A stretch of DNA of 46,739 bases, taken from NCBI GenBank assembly GCA_050331735.1, contig JBHJGN010000054.1, forward strand, positions 1-46,739, read 5' to 3'. Positions 39,087-46,739 of this stretch are shown piece by piece. This DNA comes from Cyanophyceae cyanobacterium (GTDB taxonomy: Bacteria > Cyanobacteriota > Cyanobacteriia > Cyanobacteriales > JBHJGN01). The translations under genes were made by a program, and so were the position numbers. How positions within the stretch are numbered: the stretch's first letter is position 1; each line of letters starts with the position of its first letter. The notes beneath the pieces were generated by a model. It did not search any database, was not told the DNA's origin, and saw only the letters and a program-made list of their open reading frames with translations.

Positions 39087-39908
39087 ATGATTAAACTACC
39101 AGCGATTCTGCTCGGCATGGCAGCAGCCCTTGTGCCGCTGTCTGCGGTTGCCGATGTTTTAGAAGAAATTCGGGAAACGAGCGAACTGAGAGTCGGGATT
39201 CGGGTAGATGCGGCTCCCTTTGGTTTCGTTGATGCTAACGGAGATTTAGCCGGTTACTGCCTTCGCTTTGTTAATTTGCTTCGTCAACAGGTCAAACAGG
39301 CTTTAAATAAAGATGTTTTGCTGGTCAGGCTTTATCGTTCTTCAACGGCGAATCGATTTTCTTTAGTAGACGACCGGATTGCCTATTTAGAATGCGGTCC
39401 TAATACGATTCGCAACAATCTTCCCGATAGCGTTGAGTTCTCGGAACCATTTTTCGTGACCGGAACGCAGTTTTTAGTCAGAAAGGAGGATCGGGTCGAT
39501 CCAAGCGATAATCTCGCTGAGCAAACTATTGGTGTCCTGCAAGGAACCACGACAGAAGCATTACTCGCTAACTTGTATCCCCAAGCCGACGTGAGAACAT
39601 TTCGCGGCGCAGCAGGACGAACGAGAGGCGTTGAGGCCTTGAGCCGAGGACAGATTGATGCTTTTGTCAGCGATGGCATTCTTTTGCTGGGAGAAGTGGC
39701 CCAACAGAACCTGTCGCTGAGCAGCTACGAACTGACTCCTCCGCGTCCTCTAACCTGCGATCGCTATGGGATGATTTTGCCGGCTAATGACCCGCAGTGG
39801 CGCAACCTAGTGAACGCAACGATTGAAAGTCAGCGATCGCAGCAAATCTTGGAGGACTATTTTGAAGATATTGCTGCTGTTGGCGAGACCGAAGAAGCTT
39901 GCCAGTGA
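39087..39908 (+). CDS. Amino-acid ABC transporter substrate-binding protein (family 3), no adjacent permease
   Basis: Signal peptide, DAAPFGF, FSEPFFVTG, GTTTE, DAFVSDGILL. Confidence 0.85.
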   Translation: MIKLPAILLGMAAALVPLSAVADVLEEIRETSELRVGIRVDAAPFGFVDANGDLAGYCLRFVNLLRQQVKQALNKDVLLVRLYRSSTANRFSLVDDRIAYLECGPNTIRNNLPDSVEFSEPFFVTGTQFLVRKEDRVDPSDNLAEQTIGVLQGTTTEALLANLYPQADVRTFRGAAGRTRGVEALSRGQIDAFVSDGILLLGEVAQQNLSLSSYELTPPRPLTCDRYGMILPANDPQWRNLVNATIESQRSQQILEDYFEDIAAVGETEEACQ

Positions 39909-40086
39909 GTCGCTTTGCGACGGGGGAAAGTTGCTCCGCAACGGGGAAAGGGCAACGGGGAAGGGGGAAAGGGAGGATTCAGCCTAGTCCTTGGTTTTGT
40001 GTTCTTTTCCCGTCGCTTAGCGACGTTTTTCCTTTTCCCGTCCCATCAGGGACAGTTTCCCCTTTCCCCCAGCAGCTTCGCTGCTG
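39908..40086. repeat. Modular intergenic repeat, copy C (core inverted relative to A and B)
   Basis: GTCGCTTTGCGAC, GTTGCTCCGCAAC, TGTGTTCTTTTCCC-GTCGCTTAGCGAC (reverse complement of the copy A start), CAGCAGCTTCGCTGCTG. Confidence 0.8.
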
Positions 40087-43000
40087 TTAAAATCTTCTAT
40101 TGTATTGAATTCTGACCTCCGTATCGGTATAGTCGATTGTAAAATTCAGCGAAGACTCCTGAGTGAGTTCGTAGATTCCCTCGAGGTCAGGGTACACTCG
40201 TAAATCGGCTAAGCCGATACTCTGGCCGACTCCGGTAACGGCTGATTGAACGCCAAATAACACGTCTCGCAACAGAGGTGCGACGACGAACTGCTGCACC
40301 CCAAACTGCAACAGCTCTTCCTCATTACTGTTCTGGAACTGCTCAGCCAGTCCAATGAACTGGTTACCGAGCAAAGCAATAATTTCGCTGTCGCTGCGGG
40401 CTGGAGTGCTGGTCAGTTCAACCGCAGGAGAATCAATGAGCTGGCGAGCCGAAACCGTATCGAAGGAGGCGTTGGCAATGCAGGCTTCGAGCAGATTCAG
40501 TTCTGAGGGCGTATAGCCATCCTCTTTCGGAATCGGAAACGGTTTCTGCAAGGCAACACAGGCATCGGTTGTATTATTGGCCAGCGCCGGAATAATTTCA
40601 CTGGCTTGTCCGTCCACGCTCAGGGTAATTCTGATGGTGTCTCCTCTGTCTCCGCTGGTGAGGTCGTCGCGAATCTCGTTCTCAAAAGAATCTCTGACAA
40701 TCAAACTGGCATCGGGAGCGGTGGTTGTGCTGACAAACTGAATGTCTAAATACGGATTGAGGAGTCCTTGACTCGGTTCAAATACCACCACGTTTTCGCG
40801 ACCCCGGACAAGGTTGAATGTCCCGCTATCCTGGAGGGGGTTTTCCAGTTGACCAGGGCTATTGAACAGCGAAATTTCTCCCCGTCGCAGAAAGATCGTG
40901 CCCTCTGGACGAATTTCGGGAAAGTTAGTTGCCGGACCATTGAGGGTGAGCGCACCTTCTAAGTCCAGCCGATAGAGGGGACGTTGCTCAATTCTAAAGT
41001 CGTCGCCAACAATGACTTCAAAATCGTCAAGTAGGGGGTTAAACCCGCCACCGCCTGCGTTGCTGGCGGCGGTCCCCGGGGTCGGCTCCTCAACCGCTTC
41101 GGTAAGCAGTGCAGCCACGTTTGCATCCGCTTCCGTCCTCGTCTCCTGGTTTCTTTCCGGGACAAAAGCCTGTCCGTCGTAGAGTCGAACTCTGCCGCCA
41201 ATCACGGGAGAGCGTGCGGTTCCCGTGAGAATGGTCTGACCATCGATGCTGCCCTCGTACAGCCCTTCGAGGTCAACATCGTCCCCGGTAACGGCAACGG
41301 TTAGCGGCTCGTTCAAATTGAGCGGTGTAAACAGCGGTAGCACTCCCGTGGCTAATAGTTCAGCCCCCGCCAGATTGCCATTCAGGCTTTCTACCACTAG
41401 GCGTTGGTTTTCGAGAGCAAACTGACCGTCTAGAGAGAGAGGTTCCTGGCGGATTACGCCGACATTCAGTTCAAACAGAGCGTCCTCTAAGGAAGCCTCT
41501 CCAGTCGCCACTAGATCGGTGAGGCTAAATCCCTGACTCAGATCAATGCGTCCGCGAGCCTGAAGATCCGCTTGTCCTTCGCCCTCGACCCACTCAATGT
41601 TGCCTTGGGTAAAAGCGCCAACGAGGGCGATCGCCTCTGTTCCAGCGCTGACAGCGACCTCGAACTGGTCGTTTTCCGCTGCTGGCGGATAGGGAATACT
41701 GGCTTGAGCCTCCACTAAAGACTCTTCCGTGGTGACAAAGTTGAGCCGAGCATCGGCAAAGCGGTACTCCCCGGCGAGCGGCTGCTCTAGGGGTCTGCCG
41801 TTGAGAACGCCATCCACAAAGGCAATCTCTCCCTGCACTTGCGGATTTTGCAGCGTTCCAGCAACGGTTCCTTGGGTATTGATATCTCCGTCAATATCGA
41901 GGGGAACCTCGACGAAATTGCGCAGCAAATCCACCGACAGGTCTTCAACGCGAAAATCACCCCGCGATTCTTGGGTTGGGTCGGCAGAGAGTTGACCAGC
42001 GAAGGCCAGCAGCGCATCCTCCACTCTCACTTCCACGGGTTCGAGCGTTGCCACCCCGTCTTCATAACTCCCCTCGAGAAGAACTTGCCCAATGGAAAGT
42101 ACCTGCGGATCTTCGATGACTAACCCCAACGGCTCGACTAGATCCGGGTACTCTGGCTGAGTCCGCCAGCGCCAGTCTTCCCCCTGTACCTGAAAGTCGA
42201 GTTCCGGGCTTTGTAGAGTTCCGGCAACGAGCACTTCGGCGGTAAATGGACCGCGAATGTCTAACTGAGTCGGAATTCCGGGGGCCTCTCGCTCCGCTGC
42301 TACCTGTTGCAGCAGTTGCTCGATGCGAGTCAGCAGATTCAGTTGAGCTGCCAGGGTAGCATCCGTTCCCCCGACGGAAATCGCCGGAATTTGCTCGACT
42401 TCAGCGTAGTCTGGGGAACCAAAGAAGCGGGTGGCGCTTTCAATACTGGTAACATTGAGGGCGGTGAGAATATCTTGCACGTTGCCATCGGCATCTAAAC
42501 TGGCATTGACGGCCCCAGTATCGAAATTGAGGCGACCTGCGGCAGCATATTCGCTCTCGCCTAAATCTAGGGAAGCGGAAACAAGCTGAGCAATGTTATC
42601 AGCGTAGGCAAATTCGGCGGTAATCAGTTCCCCCACGCGATCGCCCAGGGCCGGATCGCTTACCTGGACGCTGCCGCTAGCGGCCAGATCGAAGAGGTTA
42701 ACGTCCAGGGCCGTACTGAGTTCTCCACCGATCTCTCCCGGAATTCCGTAGGGAGTCCCGGGGGACAGGCTGAGAATTCCCAGCGGGAAATTTTGCACCT
42801 CCGCTACGAGGCGATCGCCAATGCGCTCGCCCAGGGCAATAATCGGCTCGGTCGTCCCTGCTCCCTGACGCAGCTCGAACGAGGCAGGCAGATAGGGAGC
42901 CAAACATTCTGCGCCCCGCGTACAGGGTTCTAAAGTCGCCGCAATCACATCCTGCTCGCCCCGTAGATTCAGAGCCAACTCCTGCCCCGGCTCGATGGTG

Positions 43001-46000
43001 ACTGGTCCCGCCAGCACCGGGGCAAACTCCCGACCGTTGAGGCTAAAATCTACCAGTCGCACATCCCCGACTAACTCTACATTACCGGGGGCGGTGGGGG
43101 CAGAGAGAAGATTACTGCCCTGAAAACGACCGTCAAAGTTAGCCAGTCCGGTGACGTTCACTTCTTGGGGCAGAAATTGCTGATTGGTAGGAAGCTGGCT
43201 AATGACCTCCGTCAGCGGCAGCGCCTCTAAATCTGACCGCGCGACGATTTCTAAATCAACGCCAACATCGGGATTTGTGGTCAAATTCGAGAGCACAATA
43301 TTTCCACTAGCATCCAGAAACTGGTCGCCCCACTCCACCGTTATCGTGTTGGCCTGCACGGTCGAATCGACTCCAGGGCTGTAGAACGGAGCGAGGGTGC
43401 CAGCGAGGTCGAGGCGGGCGTTCAAATCTTGCAGCAGCGAGCGGTCCTCAAGCTCAACGAGGTTAAGCCGATCATTAATCAGGGCCGTATTAATATCTGA
43501 AGCAACAACGTTAGTTTGCCACTGGTTGTTGTCTAGCTGTCCGGTAGCGTTGACAACACCTTCGGCAACGGCAAGCTGTGCTTCTAAATCGGCTTCAAAT
43601 CGACTCAGATCGAGATTATCTCTCAACGCCAGAAGCTGGGATAACGGACCAGAGACATCAACCTGACTCTCAACGAGGGTCGTCGGGACTGATAGGTTAT
43701 TCACTACCCGGTCCAGGGCAATGCCGGAGGCGTTAGCAGTGGCGACCACTGTTCCGTTGTTGACTCGACCGCTGGCGCTCGCTGTTCCTTGGGCGGCGGC
43801 GAGTTGAGCAGCGAAGTTGGCATCGAAACGGTTGAGGTTAGGGTTTCCGTCCGTCAGTTCCTCCAGAGGTCCGGTGAGCCGCGCTTGAGCGCTCGTGAGG
43901 GTGACTGATTCGGTGAGATTTGGAATCAATTGAGCCAGAGAAATCTGAGTAGCGTTGGCAGTGGCGGCGATCGCCCCATTGCTCACTTGTCCATTGGCAA
44001 TTGCCGTCCCCTGAGCCGCCGTAAGCTGAGCCTCAAACGTCGCGTCCAGGCGGTTCAGGTCAGGATTATCGCCGAAAGCGAGTAGCTCCTCTAGAGGAAC
44101 CGAGGCATTGACCTGAGCGTTTGTTAACGTAACGGGGTCAGAGAGGCTGCGGAAAAACTGAGAAACGGGAACCTGGTCGGCATTCGCGGTGGCTGTCAAG
44201 TTCCCTTCGCTGAGGCGAGCGTTAGCGCTAGCGGTTCCGGAGCCAATCCTCAAAGCTAGCTCCGCTGCTCCTTGAATAGCTTCTGGGTCCAGTTCGTCAA
44301 AGCTTCCCGATGCTCTCGCGTCAACGCGGTTGAGGAGCACAGGCTCCGTAATCTGAATCTGGTCTGAAGGGATTTGAGCCAAGAACGGATCGAGGCGCAG
44401 TGAGCTAGCGTTGAGAACGGCCTGCCACTGCTGGGTTTCTAGGTTGCCGCTGCCGCTGAGGGTGACTTGTCCGCCTCTATCGGTTTGAAGCTGCGTGTCG
44501 CGAAGCAGAATTTGGTTGTTGGCCAACACCACCTCTCCCGCACCAGAAATCGTCTCGACAGTCGGTGCTGACGCTTGAGGGGCTCCCCAAGCTAGAACAG
44601 CTTGGGGAGCGTCAATCGTGCCTCGAACCTGACCGGTGGCCGTAATCGTTCCTACCTGAATGTCGGCGGGAAACTGATAGTAGGGAGCGGCGATCGCTTC
44701 TGTGGGCAGTCGAGCATCAAGGCTGAAGCTCAGAGGCATCTGATTAAAATTTATTTCCTCATTTTCTTCCAAAGCTTCCCGAAAATTCGTTTCGATAAAG
44801 CCTTGAGCAGAGATAGCTCCGCCAGCGGCAGGAGTGGCCTGCAAGCTGTTGAGGACAAAGCGAGACAGGTCAGCAGTAAACGCAGTTTGAATTTGCTCAA
44901 AGGTGGTTTCAGCTACTCGTACCGGAGTGGTGCTGCTGACATTTCCGATCAACACCGGAGCTTCCGCCGCTCCCTGGAGCTGAAGGTCGAGCTGGAGATT
45001 ACCAGCTACGTCTACCGGAGACTCGACCTGCGCCGCTTCTAGTACGGTCGCCACGTCAAAGGGACTGACCGCTAAATCGACATCAAGCCCCTGCGGGGCC
45101 TGCCAGTCAATGGACCCGTCGATTTGAGCGACGACCTCTCCGAGGGTCGCTCTGGCTTGCTCAAATAAAACTTCAGTGCCGTTAAATTGCAGTTCAACTT
45201 CAGCGCTGACGGATTCGGTGAGCTGCTCGACATTGGCCTCAAAACTGCGAATGTTAATGCTGCCCTCGGCGAGGCTGTCTGTCCATTCTGCAAAGGAAGG
45301 AATCTCCACCGCTAAATCGGCATCGAGCTGACCGTTGGTAACGTCAACGGCGGTCGTCGGCAGCAGGGTTAAGAGTTCTGAAAGATCGAGGTTTTGGAGA
45401 CGCGCCTCTGCTGACGTTTCTCCGGTATCGATTTGCGTTTCGCCGATCACTCTAATCTGACCGTCAGCGATCGCCACCTCCGCATTGTAGGAGACGGCCT
45501 GAACTTCATCGGCTTGAGCATAGTCGCCACTGCCGTTAATGAATATAGTTTGAGGCTCTTCTCGTCCGTAGGGCAAAGCCACTAACTCGGCCTCTTCTAC
45601 CAAGATGTTGAGATAAATATCAAACGGTCTTTCTTGCACTTCATCCTCTAGCTCGAGGTCAAGCTCAAGCCAAGAGCCGTTTTCGTCCTGAGACAAATAA
45701 ATATCTGGTTTGACTAGAGTGAGATCGAGAAATAGATCGCGCCGCAAGAGCAAAGGGAGGTAATTGATGTTGACTGCAATGGCCTCAATGCTCGCGGTGC
45801 TGTCTTCGGTGGGAGTCGTGGGGATAGTAGATTCTCCAAACCGAATGCTGGTCAAAGAGAAGCTTTCTACGTCACCAATATCCACCGGACGAGTGAGTAT
45901 TTGGCTGAGCTGATTTTCAATGATGTTGGGCAGCGATCGCTCGACAAAAATGCGGATTCCCGCATAGCCCACAATCCCTAACGTGACGGCACCGACTCCA

Positions 46001-46092
46001 AGAGCAATGGCCCAAGGACTTTTTAAACGGGATACGATACCGCCTTGGTTTTGGTTCTCAGGCGGTGTAGATGGCTGTGGCGAGTTGGTCAT
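40087..46092 (-). CDS. TamB/AsmA-like (translocation and assembly module) protein
   Basis: 2001 aa with an N-terminal TM anchor and a beta-rich body; C-terminal LTSTPARSDSEIIALLG and terminal Y..RF. Confidence 0.85.
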   Translation of the reverse strand: MTNSPQPSTPPENQNQGGIVSRLKSPWAIALGVGAVTLGIVGYAGIRIFVERSLPNIIENQLSQILTRPVDIGDVESFSLTSIRFGESTIPTTPTEDSTASIEAIAVNINYLPLLLRRDLFLDLTLVKPDIYLSQDENGSWLELDLELEDEVQERPFDIYLNILVEEAELVALPYGREEPQTIFINGSGDYAQADEVQAVSYNAEVAIADGQIRVIGETQIDTGETSAEARLQNLDLSELLTLLPTTAVDVTNGQLDADLAVEIPSFAEWTDSLAEGSINIRSFEANVEQLTESVSAEVELQFNGTEVLFEQARATLGEVVAQIDGSIDWQAPQGLDVDLAVSPFDVATVLEAAQVESPVDVAGNLQLDLQLQGAAEAPVLIGNVSSTTPVRVAETTFEQIQTAFTADLSRFVLNSLQATPAAGGAISAQGFIETNFREALEENEEINFNQMPLSFSLDARLPTEAIAAPYYQFPADIQVGTITATGQVRGTIDAPQAVLAWGAPQASAPTVETISGAGEVVLANNQILLRDTQLQTDRGGQVTLSGSGNLETQQWQAVLNASSLRLDPFLAQIPSDQIQITEPVLLNRVDARASGSFDELDPEAIQGAAELALRIGSGTASANARLSEGNLTATANADQVPVSQFFRSLSDPVTLTNAQVNASVPLEELLAFGDNPDLNRLDATFEAQLTAAQGTAIANGQVSNGAIAATANATQISLAQLIPNLTESVTLTSAQARLTGPLEELTDGNPNLNRFDANFAAQLAAAQGTASASGRVNNGTVVATANASGIALDRVVNNLSVPTTLVESQVDVSGPLSQLLALRDNLDLSRFEADLEAQLAVAEGVVNATGQLDNNQWQTNVVASDINTALINDRLNLVELEDRSLLQDLNARLDLAGTLAPFYSPGVDSTVQANTITVEWGDQFLDASGNIVLSNLTTNPDVGVDLEIVARSDLEALPLTEVISQLPTNQQFLPQEVNVTGLANFDGRFQGSNLLSAPTAPGNVELVGDVRLVDFSLNGREFAPVLAGPVTIEPGQELALNLRGEQDVIAATLEPCTRGAECLAPYLPASFELRQGAGTTEPIIALGERIGDRLVAEVQNFPLGILSLSPGTPYGIPGEIGGELSTALDVNLFDLAASGSVQVSDPALGDRVGELITAEFAYADNIAQLVSASLDLGESEYAAAGRLNFDTGAVNASLDADGNVQDILTALNVTSIESATRFFGSPDYAEVEQIPAISVGGTDATLAAQLNLLTRIEQLLQQVAAEREAPGIPTQLDIRGPFTAEVLVAGTLQSPELDFQVQGEDWRWRTQPEYPDLVEPLGLVIEDPQVLSIGQVLLEGSYEDGVATLEPVEVRVEDALLAFAGQLSADPTQESRGDFRVEDLSVDLLRNFVEVPLDIDGDINTQGTVAGTLQNPQVQGEIAFVDGVLNGRPLEQPLAGEYRFADARLNFVTTEESLVEAQASIPYPPAAENDQFEVAVSAGTEAIALVGAFTQGNIEWVEGEGQADLQARGRIDLSQGFSLTDLVATGEASLEDALFELNVGVIRQEPLSLDGQFALENQRLVVESLNGNLAGAELLATGVLPLFTPLNLNEPLTVAVTGDDVDLEGLYEGSIDGQTILTGTARSPVIGGRVRLYDGQAFVPERNQETRTEADANVAALLTEAVEEPTPGTAASNAGGGGFNPLLDDFEVIVGDDFRIEQRPLYRLDLEGALTLNGPATNFPEIRPEGTIFLRRGEISLFNSPGQLENPLQDSGTFNLVRGRENVVVFEPSQGLLNPYLDIQFVSTTTAPDASLIVRDSFENEIRDDLTSGDRGDTIRITLSVDGQASEIIPALANNTTDACVALQKPFPIPKEDGYTPSELNLLEACIANASFDTVSARQLIDSPAVELTSTPARSDSEIIALLGNQFIGLAEQFQNSNEEELLQFGVQQFVVAPLLRDVLFGVQSAVTGVGQSIGLADLRVYPDLEGIYELTQESSLNFTIDYTDTEVRIQYNRRF

Positions 46093-46359
46093 CGTCTAGA
46101 TGATTGAGCGCAAAGAGTGATACCGCTAACAGTAGAATGTCAACGATTCTAGGTCAAGACGGACAAACTCGATCAATAGTTTCAAAAATAATTTTTTGTT
46201 AGCAATCTTTTAGGCTGATGTCAACCGTACTGCTCTAAACTCTGTCAGAATAAACAATAGAATGATAAAACAACTTTCTCGAAAAATTCGTTGCAGAAAC
46301 ATTCCGTCTGCTCTTTCTTGCTCAAAGTTTGCCGATGGAAGAAAACAAGAACGATTTCC

Positions 46360-46507
46360 TTAAAGCGTCAGCCAGCTAAAAACTTGCTTCACCGTCAACT
46401 CCAGTTCTACTCTATCCAAAACAGGAACTCTATCCTTTCCTTTCAACAACTGGACTCTCGCTTGCTCAAACACGATTAAAATTTTTTCTTCCTTGGGGTA
46501 AATTAAC
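46360..46507 (-). pseudogene. 3' part of a Uma2 (DUF820) family endonuclease interrupted by the IS element
   Basis: Manual translation LIYPKEEKILIVFEQARVQLLKGKDRVPVLDRVELELTVKQVFSWLTL* fits the Uma2 C-terminus (GWLI.P...LTV..IF.WL). Confidence 0.65.
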
Positions 46508-46739
46508 AAGAGGTCGCGGAAATCCCCTTCTTCAAAGCAGTAAGGAGGGGATGGACAGCGACGCTACGACTTACCGTTTTAGTATATAATGGTAAGTGTG
46601 ATTAGAGTCACTCAGAAAGTCCGCATCTATCCTGAACCTGAACAGCAGCAACTCTTAGCAAAAGCAATGGGCTGCTGTCGATGGTGGTGGAATCGTGCGC
46701 TCAAGATCTCTAATCAGACCTATAAGGAGACGGGGAAAA
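46508..46739 (+). mobile_element. Left end of an IS200/IS605-family tnpB element; runs off the window
   Basis: Subterminal hairpin ATCCCCTTCTT/AAGGAGGGGAT (46522-46552) followed by tnpB. Confidence 0.8.
46589..46739 (+). CDS. tnpB: RNA-guided endonuclease TnpB, N-terminus (partial)
   Basis: (MVS)VIRVTQKVRIYPEPEQQQLLAKAMGCCRWWWNRALKISNQTYKETGK, the OrfB_IS605 N-terminal pattern. Confidence 0.85.
   Translation, partial: MVSVIRVTQKVRIYPEPEQQQLLAKAMGCCRWWWNRALKISNQTYKETGK

Larger units (their letters stand above)
677..45941. repeat. Dispersed HIP1 octamers (GCGATCGC)
   Basis: Roughly 30 copies by eye, for example 677, 27206 and a tandem pair at 38292-38307. Confidence 0.9.

Overview
Cyanobacterial chromosome segment, judged from frequent HIP1 GCGATCGC octamers, NtcA boxes and cyanobacterial-type ftsH3 and ribBA. 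Housekeeping genes (ftsH3, spoIID-like, rnz, rpe, murJ, ribBA, argC, TamB-like) and a nitrite/nitrate block (nirA, orphan nrtA-like, nrtP) alternate with accessory patches. These patches hold many decayed genes and IS630 and IS200/IS605 remnants. The strongest unexplained signals are: (1) a duplicated, helically phased CTGACA/CTGACA/ACGACA motif, once beside an N-terminal-HTH gene and once before a decayed FabH-like gene; (2) a ~150-nt multi-helix RNA-like leader directly upstream of the spoIID-like gene; (3) a deoxyhypusine-synthase-like enzyme with an apparent fused pseudo-DHS domain, next to a PvdE/SyrD-type exporter and a flavin amine oxidase; (4) a tnpB element inserted just after TTAAC in a Uma2 gene; (5) small palindromic mobile modules, one inserted in frame in a transposase. 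All calls come from reading the sequence by eye; no searches or folding programs were run.
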